From Opitutales bacterium (GTDB lineage: Bacteria; Verrucomicrobiota; Verrucomicrobiia; Opitutales; Oceanipulchritudinaceae): a stretch of DNA of 64,000 bases. The DNA lies in assembly GCA_020831585.1 (NCBI GenBank), contig JAFIGE010000006.1, forward strand, positions 1,198 through 65,197, in the 5' to 3' direction. The position numbers and the translations under genes were made by a program. Under the pieces are notes generated by a model. It was given only the letters and a program-made list of their open reading frames with translations. It searched no databases and was not told the DNA's origin. Numbering within the stretch: the stretch's first letter is position 1; each line of letters begins with the position of its first letter. Positions 26,497-36,357 of the stretch are shown here, piece after piece.

Positions 26497-28635
26497 CTAC
26501 TCGGCCACTTCGAGGCGGAGGCGGAGGAAGCGGGGTTGGCCATCGTTGGTGAAGGCTGCTTCGCGCACCTCGATCGTTTCGCCTTCGTGGAAGAGGAGTT
26601 GGTCGGCACCTTCGGCCGTGTGCCAAGCGACGAGATCGGTGGACGTTTCGATGACGAAGGAGAGCCCGTGGACGGCGATGTTGCGCCGGTAGCGGAGGAG
26701 GAGTTCATTGCCCTCGCGTTGCAAGGTGGGCATCTGCGACGGAAGAATCGCCTCCATCGGGTTCAGACCAAAGGCGAAGGCTTCGAGGGTGGTGAGGCCG
26801 ATACCGGTGTGCCGGAAGCCGGGCGCACTCTGCCCGGGCGAAAGCCCCTGGTCGGCTGCCCACTCAGCGAGGGTGGGGTGTGTGCGAAGGTAAAGGCGGA
26901 CGGGCTGGGAGAAGGCCTGACCGGTTTGGCTGCTGACCTTGAGGCGGAATCGGGTGCTTTCAAGAGCCTCACTTGCCGGATTCACGACAAGCTCCGCTGT
27001 GGTTGTGCCTGTGAAGGTATCCAAGGGGTTCTCCGGGAGGTCGGAAAAGGTCAGTCCATGGTCCAGAGAAATTTGCCAGCGAAGGTCCCAGTGTTGGGGG
27101 CCCGTCAATGCGGCGCTGAAGCGGGCCGTTGAATCGACCCTCACCGTTGTATCTGAAGGTTGAAGGGCAAAGATCTCTTCAATGGGGGTAAAGGTGCCCG
27201 CTGTGGGCGACAGGGTGAGCAGCTCGTCGGCCGCGAAATAAATGTTACCGAGACGGAGACCCGTGCTGGTCGGGCGGTCCAGACCCACGACGAAGTGGGT
27301 GAAGTTGCTGTAGTCGACCTGCGGGTCGAAGCTCCAGGACGCGGCCGGCGTGCCCGGGGGCGCCCCTGAACCAAAGGGCGCGTAGTGGAAGTCGATGCGC
27401 TGCGCGGTTGTATTGTAGACGATCCACGCGTGGTACCACTGCTCCTGAACCTCGGAACCGGGGATGGCGACGGTGCTTGGAGGTGAAAAGGCCCGGAAGG
27501 CTTGGGGCGGGGGACCAAACGTGCCCAGGCGGGTGGCTCCGCCCCGTTGCCCCCACGGATCGGTGGCGGCGAGTTGGGCATCACCCACGGCGGCAAAGCT
27601 CACGTCGGAGCGGCTGGTTGAGGGGCCGTTAATGAAAAAGTCGAAGGTTACGGTGAAGATGCCCGACTGAACCGTTTGTGGCAGTTCCGCGCGGATTAAT
27701 CCACCCCGGGGGCTGCCGGTCCCGGCGGTCGGCAGCATGTGCAGATAGCCCTCGCTGAAATCGAGATGGAATTGGTTGAGGTCTCCCGCCCAATCCGCGT
27801 TGGGAGAGGAGCCGAAGAAGGTGTCGACAGCTTGCCACGCCGGTGGATCGAGCTGGATGGAGGCGGGCGTGAGGGAGAGGTTTTCCCCAACCGCCATGTG
27901 GATGTTGGCAAAACGGCCTCCGAGCGTGGGCGCATCGGGGTTGCCGGTCCCCCCGCCAGCGATGGCGAAACGGGAGATCTCGGCGTAATCTTCAGCTGCC
28001 GTCGGCCCAACAAAGGGCCACTGTCCGCGAAACTCAGCCGCTTCGGATTCGGCGTCGGCCCGCCTCGAATAGAACGAGAATTCCCCGGCATCGAGGTCGT
28101 AAACGATCCAAAGGTTGTACCAGACCCCGGGGACGGTGGGTGCCAGCACATCGGTCGACCAGTCCCCTGCCTTCGCCAGAAACTGAGGGAACCGCTCGGC
28201 GAAATCGAAAGCGCCCGGCGTGCGGTCGGCCATCTGAAAGCGATTGCTCCCGCCTACGCTGGCCCAGGTGGACCGTTCCACCATATCGGCGGACCCGGCT
28301 CCAAAACCCACCTGGTTCAGGCTGTTGCCCCCGGGTGCGAAAAAGTCGAAGGCGATGGTCACCTTGCCCGCTGAGACGGGCTGTGGCAGGATCACGTGGG
28401 CACGGTGGGTGTTGCCGGTGGCGGAGGCAGTGAAGAGATAGTGGCCCACATCCCCGGAGCGCACTTCATGCACCATCCCGTCGTCAACGGTCCAGGCACC
28501 CTGGGTCTCACCATCCGCAAAGGTGTCGACGACGATCCATTCCTGAGCGGCGAGGGTGGAAGCCACCGGAAAAACCAAGGCCATGAGAACGATTCCGCCG
28601 ATACGGCGTGCGGAGAGGAGTAGGGGATGGGTCAT
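26497..28635 (-). CDS. Secreted protein with two internal repeats of about 190 aa and a conserved C-terminal module
   Basis: Start taken at MTHPLLLSARRIGGIVLMALVFPVASTLAAQ (signal peptide). Repeats begin W(I/Q)(V/A)VDTF. C-terminus reads ...LEAFAFGLNP...LLLRYRRN...FVIETSTDLVAW...PRFLRLRLEV. Confidence 0.7.
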   Translation of the reverse strand: MTHPLLLSARRIGGIVLMALVFPVASTLAAQEWIVVDTFADGETQGAWTVDDGMVHEVRSGDVGHYLFTASATGNTHRAHVILPQPVSAGKVTIAFDFFAPGGNSLNQVGFGAGSADMVERSTWASVGGSNRFQMADRTPGAFDFAERFPQFLAKAGDWSTDVLAPTVPGVWYNLWIVYDLDAGEFSFYSRRADAESEAAEFRGQWPFVGPTAAEDYAEISRFAIAGGGTGNPDAPTLGGRFANIHMAVGENLSLTPASIQLDPPAWQAVDTFFGSSPNADWAGDLNQFHLDFSEGYLHMLPTAGTGSPRGGLIRAELPQTVQSGIFTVTFDFFINGPSTSRSDVSFAAVGDAQLAATDPWGQRGGATRLGTFGPPPQAFRAFSPPSTVAIPGSEVQEQWYHAWIVYNTTAQRIDFHYAPFGSGAPPGTPAASWSFDPQVDYSNFTHFVVGLDRPTSTGLRLGNIYFAADELLTLSPTAGTFTPIEEIFALQPSDTTVRVDSTARFSAALTGPQHWDLRWQISLDHGLTFSDLPENPLDTFTGTTTAELVVNPASEALESTRFRLKVSSQTGQAFSQPVRLYLRTHPTLAEWAADQGLSPGQSAPGFRHTGIGLTTLEAFAFGLNPMEAILPSQMPTLQREGNELLLRYRRNIAVHGLSFVIETSTDLVAWHTAEGADQLLFHEGETIEVREAAFTNDGQPRFLRLRLEVAE

Positions 28636-28764
28636 TTTACGAGTTTTTTTCAAAATCGCTTCGAATGAACAGAAGGCGCGACGAAAATGGGCTTTTGCGA
28701 GAGAAGACATCCAGTTCAAACTGGGAACGATAAAAAGACAAGACCGTTTTCAGTAATGGTAATG

Positions 28765-28792
28765 TTAATAACGCGGTAAAATTTATTGACAC
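28765..28792 (-). promoter_or_regulatory. AT-rich promoter-like box (GTGTCA-N16-TATTAA)
   Basis: Minus-strand reading: GTGTCAATAAATTTTACCGCGTTATTAA, upstream of the 26497..28635 gene. Confidence 0.4.
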
Positions 28793-28844
28793 ACAAGATT
28801 GGCTGGGAGGGCTTTCGATGTGCGTAGATCATTTTGTGCACCGG

Positions 28845-28875
28845 ATAATGCAAACGCGGTAAAATAAGTTGACAT
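28845..28875 (-). promoter_or_regulatory. AT-rich promoter-like box (ATGTCA-N19-CATTAT)
   Basis: Minus-strand reading: ATGTCAACTTATTTTACCGCGTTTGCATTAT. A second tandem box on the same strand. Confidence 0.3.
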
Positions 28876-28899
28876 GGTGAATGACGGCTCGAAGGGCGT

Positions 28900-28929
28900 T
28901 TGGCTAATGAAGAATAATACGGGTATGTG
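28900..28929 (+). promoter_or_regulatory. AT-rich promoter-like box (TTGGCT-N18-TATGTG, spacer AATGAAGAATAATACGGG) upstream of carA
   Basis: The spacer resembles the AAGAATAATACCGGTTA box at 11457. Confidence 0.35.
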
Positions 28930-29014
28930 TGGACTTTGTGGCGGGGGCTTCAAGGAGGGGCTTTTTATTTGGTTGCCCGTGGGATGGGGGAGGCCTTCAA
29001 TCCGGCTCCCAATT

Positions 29015-30184
29015 ATGGACGAAGAGCAATCGGGCATTTTGGCGCTGGAGGACGGCACGGTCTTTCGGGGCCGGGCGTTTGGCGCGCGGAAAACCGTTCT
29101 CGGCGAGGCGGTCTTTAATACTTCGATGACGGGTTACCAGGAAATCCTCACGGACCCTTCGTATTTCGGGCAGATCGTGACGATGACGGCCCCGCAGATC
29201 GGAAATTATGGGGTCAATCCGGAGGATGCGGAGTCGGATGGACCGAAAGTGGCCGGCTTTGTGGTGCGGGAGTTGAGCCCGATTGTGAGCAATTGGCGGA
29301 GTCGCCAGGATCTTGGTTCCTATCTTGCCGATCACGGTATCCCGGGTTTGGAGGGGATCGATACGCGTAGCCTGACAAAACGCCTGCGCGTGGGCGGTGC
29401 GATGAAGGCTTGTCTTTCCACGGAAGATCTCAGCGATGAGGAGGCGATCCGGCGCGCGCGGGAGTGGACCGGTCTCGTGGGGCAGGATTATGTGAGAGAG
29501 GTCACCTGCAAATCGGCCTACGAGTTCAAGCCCGGCGTGTATGACGGGCCTTTCGGCGTGCCCGGAACCGAACTCACTTACGGTCCGGCGGCTGACGAGC
29601 GCCCGCGTTTTCGACTGGTGGCGCTCGATTTGGGGTTGAAATACAACATCCTCCGCCGTCTCCACGCGCACGGTTTTGATATAACCGTGGTGCCGGCGGA
29701 TACCACGGCGGAGGCCATTCGCGCTCTGAAACCCCAAGCCCTCTTTCTCTCCAACGGCCCGGGTGATCCCTCGGCGGTGCACTATGCCCATACCACCGTG
29801 GCGGAGCTTCTGGAGAGCTACCCGACCTTCGGCATTTGCATGGGCCACCAGATTATCTCCCATGCTCTCGGCGCGGATACGGTAAAGCTCAAGTTTGGCC
29901 ACCGCGGCGGAAACCAGCCGGTGAAGAACACGGAGAACGGCTTTGTCGCGATAACGGCGCAAAATCACGGCTTTGCCTCCACGCGGGAAGCCCTTGAAGG
30001 CTGCGGTGCGGTGATCACGGAGGTGAATCTCAATGATAACACGGTCGCCGGGTTGCGCCATGCCACCCTTCCCGTGTTCAGCGTGCAATATCACCCGGAG
30101 GCCTCGCCCGGCCCGCACGACAGCGATGTGCTGTTTGAGCAATTTTACCAGATGGTCGCGCGGCAAGTCGCCGGAGAAGCTTAG
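29015..30184 (+). CDS. carA: Carbamoyl-phosphate synthase small (glutaminase) subunit
   Basis: [13 protein letters not shown]...[24 protein letters not shown] and the GATase triad region (GICMGHQ, HPE). Start at MDEEQ (ATG 29015). Confidence 0.95.
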   Translation: MDEEQSGILALEDGTVFRGRAFGARKTVLGEAVFNTSMTGYQEILTDPSYFGQIVTMTAPQIGNYGVNPEDAESDGPKVAGFVVRELSPIVSNWRSRQDLGSYLADHGIPGLEGIDTRSLTKRLRVGGAMKACLSTEDLSDEEAIRRAREWTGLVGQDYVREVTCKSAYEFKPGVYDGPFGVPGTELTYGPAADERPRFRLVALDLGLKYNILRRLHAHGFDITVVPADTTAEAIRALKPQALFLSNGPGDPSAVHYAHTTVAELLESYPTFGICMGHQIISHALGADTVKLKFGHRGGNQPVKNTENGFVAITAQNHGFASTREALEGCGAVITEVNLNDNTVAGLRHATLPVFSVQYHPEASPGPHDSDVLFEQFYQMVARQVAGEA

Positions 30185-30212
30185 CTAAACTTTATTGAAA
30201 GGACCGTTGGCC

Positions 30213-30938
30213 ATGTCTTTGCGCGATAGCTACCTGGAGGCCCACAGCAGCACCACGGAGGCTGTCGTGGCGAAAAACGACCGCACTCTCCGAGCGGTCG
30301 GTGAGGCCTTGGGCCGGTCCCTTGCGGACGGGGGGGTCGCCCATGTCTTTGGGAGCGGCCACTCGGGAATCATCGCGCAGGAGATTGTCCACCGCGCCGG
30401 GGGGCTCGTGCCCGTGAGTGCCATTACCGACCCGACAGGTGGTTGGCCGGAGAACCTGCCCGGCTACGGAGCTCGCCTCGTCAAACGCTACATCTGGCAA
30501 TACGGCATCGAGCCGGGGGAAGTGGTCTTTGTGATTTCCAATTCCGGAATCAACCCGAGTCCGCTGGAAGTCGCTCGAGCGGCCCGGGCGGCTGGAGCGG
30601 TGGTGGTGGCGGTGACCAGTGTGGCCATGTCGAGCGCGCTCCCCAGTGCGTTGCCCACGGGCGAGCATCTCTACGATCTGGGCGACCACGTTCTCGACAA
30701 CCTCTGCCCCAAGGGCGACGCCGCGCTCCCTGTGCCGGGCACAGATCTTGTGACGGCTCCGCTCTCGACCGTCGCCGGCTGCCTGCTTCTGAACCTGGCC
30801 GTGGTTGAGGCGATTGACTGGATGCGGGCGGGCGGGCATGAGATACCGCTGTTGCGCAGTGGCAATCTTCCCGGAGGCAAGGAATACAACGACCAACTTT
30901 CCGCCCGTTATCGCCATCGCCTCAGTCGGCCGATTTAG
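30213..30938 (+). CDS. SIS (sugar isomerase) domain protein, UPF0309-like
   Basis: HVFGSGHSGIIAQE and VISNSGINPSPLE motifs. Confidence 0.65.
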   Translation: MSLRDSYLEAHSSTTEAVVAKNDRTLRAVGEALGRSLADGGVAHVFGSGHSGIIAQEIVHRAGGLVPVSAITDPTGGWPENLPGYGARLVKRYIWQYGIEPGEVVFVISNSGINPSPLEVARAARAAGAVVVAVTSVAMSSALPSALPTGEHLYDLGDHVLDNLCPKGDAALPVPGTDLVTAPLSTVAGCLLLNLAVVEAIDWMRAGGHEIPLLRSGNLPGGKEYNDQLSARYRHRLSRPI

Positions 30939-31082
30939 TCGGGCGCTATTGTGGGGCGCGGCCGCCTCCGGCCGCTTGTCCCCGCGATGGGCTCCGGAAA
31001 GCCGTCTCCATGTTCCCCGCACATTGGATTTTTCACCCGTTTCGGCGGAGTTTTTCTTTTGCGATTGAAGGAAAGGAAAGGG

Positions 31083-32258
31083 ATGGACAGACCAGAGAGA
31101 ATGCCGGATTTGACCCTTCCCCCCTATAGCAAGAACAACCCCTTTCCTGCGCATATGTTGGAGAACCGCCTTCTTAATGGGGCGGGTAGTGCCAAGGAAA
31201 CGCGCCATCATGTGATCGATCTCCGTTGCAGCGGCCTTTCCTACTCGGTGGGCGATTCCCTCGGCGTGTTTGCGTCTAACCGCCCGACGGAAGTTGCCGA
31301 GCTGCTCGAAAAGTTTTGTGCGGCGGGTACGGAGATGGTCGAGTTGCCGCGCGGGGCTGGCCGCGTGAGTCTCTACGAGGCGCTTTTGTCGCATATTTCC
31401 TTGGCCGCCCCTTCCAAAAAGCTGCTCACGGCAGTGGCGGCTGGAGCCTCTTCGGCAGGTGATCGGCTGGAAGCGGAAAGGCTGCTTGGCCTCGATGCGC
31501 CTGTTTTGCGGGAGTGGCTGGAAGTCCGCCATTTGCTCGATCTCATGGATGCCTTCCCCTCCATGGTTTGGGATCCGGCTCTGATCGTTGCGGAGAGCCG
31601 TAAGCTCGTGCCGCGCCTTTACTCCATTGCCTCGTCGCCCAGGATGTATCCCGATCAGGTTCATCTGACGGTGGCCGTCGTGCGTTTTGAATCTCTCGGG
31701 CGTGAGCGGGTGGGGGTCTGTTCCAGTTTTTTGGCGGACCGCGTGGCTCTGGAGACCGGGACGGTGCCCGTATTCGTTGCCCCGAGTCACTTTGGCCTCC
31801 CCGAAGATCCGGCAGCCGACGTCATTATGGTTGGCCCGGGAACCGGCGTGGCGCCCTTTCGGGCGTTTTTGCAGGAGCGCGTGGCCACGGGCGCGCCGGG
31901 GCGCAACTGGCTGTTCTTCGGTGACCAGCACGAAGCAACCGATTTTCTCTACGCGGAGGAGTTTCGCGAATGGGCCGCGAAGGGTGCCCTCGCCCGCCTC
32001 GATTGTGCCTGGAGCCGCGACCAGAAACACAAAATCTATGTGCAGGACAAGATCCGCGAAAACGCCGCTGAACTCTACGCATGGCTCATGGCCGGGGCAT
32101 ATTTCTATGTTTGCGGAGATGCCAAACGCATGGCGAAGGATGTCGATCAAGCCCTTCACGACCTGTTTTCCACAGAGGGCGGGCTTTCCGCCGAAGAAGC
32201 CGCCGCAGCCGTGAAACGTATGAAAAAGGAAGGGCGTTATCAACGCGACGTCTACTGA
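31083..32258 (+). CDS. CysJ-type / diflavin-reductase-type FAD and NADPH-binding protein lacking the FMN (flavodoxin) domain
   Basis: RLYSIASSP, GVCSSFL, MVGPGTGVAPFRAF, YVCGDAKRMAKDV, terminal GRYQRDVY. Start at MDRPERM (ATG 31083). Confidence 0.8.
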   Translation: MDRPERMPDLTLPPYSKNNPFPAHMLENRLLNGAGSAKETRHHVIDLRCSGLSYSVGDSLGVFASNRPTEVAELLEKFCAAGTEMVELPRGAGRVSLYEALLSHISLAAPSKKLLTAVAAGASSAGDRLEAERLLGLDAPVLREWLEVRHLLDLMDAFPSMVWDPALIVAESRKLVPRLYSIASSPRMYPDQVHLTVAVVRFESLGRERVGVCSSFLADRVALETGTVPVFVAPSHFGLPEDPAADVIMVGPGTGVAPFRAFLQERVATGAPGRNWLFFGDQHEATDFLYAEEFREWAAKGALARLDCAWSRDQKHKIYVQDKIRENAAELYAWLMAGAYFYVCGDAKRMAKDVDQALHDLFSTEGGLSAEEAAAAVKRMKKEGRYQRDVY

Positions 32259-32415
32259 GGTCTTTCACCGAATATGAACAAACGAACACATTTTGCTTGC
32301 CATGGGTCTGAAACAAGGTTCTTTCGGGTGATCAATGAATCATAGTTAAGGTGGCGGGCGGGCCTCTTGCTTTCCTCTTTGACGCAGTTCTTCAAACACC
32401 CACTTTAGGTTTACT

Positions 32416-33486
32416 ATGGCAGTTAAAAAATCATCCACCGGCGCGGGCGACGCGAAAGCCCTCGAATTTGCCCTGGCCGCGATCAACAAGCAATTCGGCG
32501 ACGGCTCCATCATGCGCCTCGGCGAGGCGACCAAGATGGATATCCAGGTTATTCCCTCGGGCTGTCCGTCGATCGATCTGGCATTTGGCGTGGGCGGCCT
32601 TCCGCGCGGGCGCATCAGCGAAATCTATGGACCGGAATCATCGGGCAAGACGACCCTGTGTCTCTCCCTCATTGCGCAGGCGCAGCGCTCCGGCGGCAAC
32701 GCGGTCTTCATCGATGTGGAACACGCGCTCGATCCCCGTTATGCCCGCACGGTGGGGGTGGATGTGGATAATCTCATGATTTCCCAACCGGAGAGCGGGG
32801 AGGATGCCCTCAATATCACCGAAACCCTCATCCGCAGTGGTGCCATCGACATCATCGTGATCGACTCCGTGGCCGCCCTTGTCTCCAAAAACGAGCTCGA
32901 CGGGCAGTTTGGCGACAGCACGGTGGGCCTTCAGGCGCGGATGATGAGCCAGGCCATGCGCCGCCTCACGGCTGCGATCAGCCGTACCAACTGCACCTGC
33001 ATCTTCACCAACCAGATCCGCGAGAAGATCGGGGTCATGTTCGGCAGTCCGGAAACGCAACCGGGCGGCCGCGCGCTCAAGTTTTTCGCCTCCATCCGCG
33101 TCGACATCCGCCGCATTGGCCAGATCAAGGACCCCTCCGGCAAAGTCATCGGCAACCGCACGCGCATGAAGGTGGTGAAAAACAAGGTCGCTCCGCCCTT
33201 CACCGAGTGTGAGTTCGACATCATGTACAACGAGGGGATTTCCCGCACGGGTTCGGCCCTCGATCTGGGGATCGAGCACAAGATTCTGGAAAAGAAGGGC
33301 TCGTGGATTTCCTACGACGGCAACCTCATCGGCCAGGGCCGGGAGGCGGCCAAGCAATATTTGGCGGATAATCCTGATGTCATGGCCAAGGTGATCAACC
33401 AAATCTATGAACAAGTGAAGGTCACCGGCGGGGTCTCGCTGGCGGTCGGAGCGGCCGATGCCACACTGACGGCGGACGAGAATTAA
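32416..33486 (+). CDS. recA: Recombinase A
   Basis: [14 protein letters not shown], Walker [20 protein letters not shown]2 region [17 protein letters not shown]. Confidence 0.98.
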   Translation: MAVKKSSTGAGDAKALEFALAAINKQFGDGSIMRLGEATKMDIQVIPSGCPSIDLAFGVGGLPRGRISEIYGPESSGKTTLCLSLIAQAQRSGGNAVFIDVEHALDPRYARTVGVDVDNLMISQPESGEDALNITETLIRSGAIDIIVIDSVAALVSKNELDGQFGDSTVGLQARMMSQAMRRLTAAISRTNCTCIFTNQIREKIGVMFGSPETQPGGRALKFFASIRVDIRRIGQIKDPSGKVIGNRTRMKVVKNKVAPPFTECEFDIMYNEGISRTGSALDLGIEHKILEKKGSWISYDGNLIGQGREAAKQYLADNPDVMAKVINQIYEQVKVTGGVSLAVGAADATLTADEN

Positions 33487-33695
33487 AGAACCGGGCAAGC
33501 GCGGATCCCCTTTGAAAGGGGGGCTGCGGGCAGATTTCCGGAGAGCGCCGGGACGCTTTGCGACAGCTCGGCGCGGGTGGGCCTATGGCTGCAAGATTTG
33601 GGGGCAAGCAAAAAATGCTCGACAAACCCCTTTATAATCAACTATGACTTAGCGGTTTACGGAGTCAAAAGAGACCTACACCGGTTAACTTGTAT

Positions 33696-35033
33696 ATGAG
33701 AAAACGTATTATCACCGCACGGAAGTTCGTTAAGCCGTCCTTCGCCTACTTGATTGAGAAAAAGCGCGACGGCGGTGAGTTCAACCACGACGAGATTCGC
33801 TTCGTGGTGGACTCGATTATCGACAAGGAGATGCCCGCACACCAACTCGCGGCCCTCTGCATGTCGATCTACTTCCAAAACATGAGCGCGCAGGAGACAG
33901 CGACCCTTGCCGAAGAGATGATGCTCTCGGGCGAGGTCGTGGACCTTTCCAAGATCACCAAGCCGAAGATCGACAAATATTCGACGGGTGGCGTGGGCGA
34001 TAAAACGTCTCTCGTTCTCATCCCGCTGGCTGCCGCCTGTGGGGTGGTGATGCCGAATATGAACGGCGTCGATGAGGAATTCGTCATCAGCAATCTGGAC
34101 AAGCTTTCCGCCATTCCCGGGTTCTCGCCCAACATGGACCTGAAAAAGTTTGTCAGTCAATTGAGCGACGTGGGCTGCGTCATGTCCGAGCAGCGGAGCG
34201 AGATCGCGCCGGTGGACGAAATCATTTATCAAATGCGGCAGCTCACCGCGACGATCCCGAGCCTTCCCCTGATCACCGCCTCGGTGCTCAGCCGCAAGCT
34301 CGCCCAGGGAGCCGAAGGGCTGGTGGTCGATGTGAAATGGGGCAACGGATCCTTCATCAAGGATCTGGAGCAAGCCAAGCAACTAGCCCGCTCCATCACC
34401 CGCGTGGGCCGCTCCATGAAGCGCCGCTGCGTGGCCTTGGTCACGGATATGAACCAGCCCTTGGGCGACACCGTGGGCACGGCCCTCGAGATCAAAGAAG
34501 CCATCAAGCTCCTCAAGGGCGAGGGTACGGAAGATCTCCAGGAACTCGTGCTCAAACTCGGCATGGAGATTGTCCGCCTGGCCGGGGTTGCCGGTTCCAC
34601 GCTTTCGGCCAAGCAAACGGTACAGCGCGCCCTTGAAGAAGGGGCCGCCTTCGAGAAGTTCAAGGAGATGATTGCCGCGCAAGGCGGGAAGACGGATTGC
34701 CTCGATGACCCCTCGAAATTCCCCGAAGCCAAATTTGTCCGCAAGCTGCCCGCCCCCAAGCGCGGGTACGTGCACACCATCAACGCGGGCATGATCGCCC
34801 GCGGTGTGCAGCTGCTCGCCTCAACAAAGCGCGGAGGCAAGCTCGATCCCGCCGTGGGTGTGTCGGAGATCAAAAAGGTCGGCACACAAGTGAAGCAGGG
34901 CGAGCCCCTCATGATGATCCACTATAACGACGAATCGAAGCTGGAAAGCGCCCTCGAATACCTCAAGAGCGCCTACCGCCTCGCCCCCAAGCGGCCCAAT
35001 CCGCCGCTGCTCGTCGTCGAACGGGTCGCGTAA
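33696..35033 (+). CDS. Thymidine / pyrimidine-nucleoside phosphorylase
   Basis: IEKKRDGGE...DKYSTGGVGDKTSL and C-terminal PYNP domain features. Confidence 0.85.
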   Translation: MRKRIITARKFVKPSFAYLIEKKRDGGEFNHDEIRFVVDSIIDKEMPAHQLAALCMSIYFQNMSAQETATLAEEMMLSGEVVDLSKITKPKIDKYSTGGVGDKTSLVLIPLAAACGVVMPNMNGVDEEFVISNLDKLSAIPGFSPNMDLKKFVSQLSDVGCVMSEQRSEIAPVDEIIYQMRQLTATIPSLPLITASVLSRKLAQGAEGLVVDVKWGNGSFIKDLEQAKQLARSITRVGRSMKRRCVALVTDMNQPLGDTVGTALEIKEAIKLLKGEGTEDLQELVLKLGMEIVRLAGVAGSTLSAKQTVQRALEEGAAFEKFKEMIAAQGGKTDCLDDPSKFPEAKFVRKLPAPKRGYVHTINAGMIARGVQLLASTKRGGKLDPAVGVSEIKKVGTQVKQGEPLMMIHYNDESKLESALEYLKSAYRLAPKRPNPPLLVVERVA

Positions 35034-35268
35034 GGCGGCGACCGTCCTTCTTCTTGCGAAGCTCCGCCGTAGCCGCGCTTGCCAAAGCGTGGACCAGTGG
35101 CGACCTGCTCTCTGGCGGTCGAAGGTTTAAGCAGGCAGGCTTCCTGCTTGTGTTGAAGTAGAAGCGTGCCGCTTTCCAAGGTGCGCGCCGCGAAAAACTT
35201 CCTCTCAAGAGGGAATAAAGGTGCGCGTTGCAAATTCTCTTGGAAACGGTCATGTTATCTACTGCGCA

Positions 35269-36330
35269 ATGAAACGATTCCTAATCACCTGTCTGAAGTG
35301 GGGGATCCCTCTGCTCGTCATCGCTGCTTTGGCCTGGCCGAAGTTGCCGCGGGCTGAGACCTCGACCTCCACGCAAGGGCCGCCGGAGCGCCCGGCGGTG
35401 ACGGTACGGGCGGAGCGGGTGAGTCCGCAGTCCTTCGAGCGCACCCTGCGCCTCCACGGCACCCTCCTCGCCTACGAGAGTGTCGAGTTGCGTCCTGAAA
35501 TCAATGGACTGGTGACCCACGTGGCCTTCGAGGAAGGGCGCCGGGTGGAAGCGGGCGACCTCTTGGTGAAGCTGAACGATGAGGAACTCCAGGCCGAGCT
35601 TCGCGCCATCACGGCCGAACTCGATGTGGCCGAGCGCAACGAGCGCCGCCTTGCCGACCTACGGGCGCGGGGCGTGACCTCCCAGCAGGATTACGATGAA
35701 GCCCTTGGCCGTCTCAATGTGCTCCGGGCGCGGGCTGAGCTGCTGCGCACACGCATTGCCCGCACGGAGATCCGCGCACCCTTCTCCGGCACCATTGGTC
35801 TGCGCCAGATCAGCCCCGGAACTTTTGTCACGCCGCAAAACGTCCTCGCGCTCCTTAATATGACGGACAAATTGAAGGTGGACTTCGCCGTTCCCGAGCG
35901 CCACCAGCAAGCCCTCCGCGAGGGTCTGTACGTGCGCGTGACGGCCGGGGGCCTCGCATCCCCGGTGGAGGGTTACATTGCGGCGATCCAACCGCAAGTA
36001 AACACCGGCACGCGGACCATTCTCGCGCGCGCCGTCATCCCCAACGATGGCAACCGCCTCCTCCCCGGCAACTACGCCGGGATCGAGCTGGTGCTGGAGA
36101 CGGCGGAAGCGGCCCTCCTCGTTCCGACCACCGCGATCGTTCCCGGCCAGCGCGAAACCCGGCTCTTTGTCATCAAGGACGGCGTCGCGGTAGAGCGGCT
36201 CGTGCGGATCGGCTCCCGCCAAGCCGATACCGTGGAAATCATTTCCGGCCTGGAGGCGGGGGAAGAGGTCGTCACGCGGGGATCGGATAACCTGCGGCCC
36301 GGTCAGCGGGTGCGCGCCCAAGCCAGCTAA
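35269..36330 (+). CDS. RND efflux periplasmic adaptor (membrane fusion protein)
   Basis: N-terminal anchor, a coiled-coil hairpin (LQAELRAI...LDVAERNERRLADL) and the motif I.APF.G.I. Confidence 0.85.
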   Translation: MKRFLITCLKWGIPLLVIAALAWPKLPRAETSTSTQGPPERPAVTVRAERVSPQSFERTLRLHGTLLAYESVELRPEINGLVTHVAFEEGRRVEAGDLLVKLNDEELQAELRAITAELDVAERNERRLADLRARGVTSQQDYDEALGRLNVLRARAELLRTRIARTEIRAPFSGTIGLRQISPGTFVTPQNVLALLNMTDKLKVDFAVPERHQQALREGLYVRVTAGGLASPVEGYIAAIQPQVNTGTRTILARAVIPNDGNRLLPGNYAGIELVLETAEAALLVPTTAIVPGQRETRLFVIKDGVAVERLVRIGSRQADTVEIISGLEAGEEVVTRGSDNLRPGQRVRAQAS

Positions 36331-36357
36331 CCCACCTGACCGACTTCCGCCCGAATC

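Noticed and set aside
30192-32243. 683-aa ORF on the minus strand
   Set aside because: It is antisense to two well-supported plus-strand genes (the SIS protein and the CysJ-like reductase). Its translation is Arg/Gly/His-rich with no recognisable domain.
32259-32415. CATTTTGCTTGCCA upstream of recA as another box-family member
   Set aside because: It is in the wrong orientation relative to recA and has no gene to drive on the other strand. A simpler TTGACG-N17-ACTTTA candidate lies closer to recA but is itself weak.
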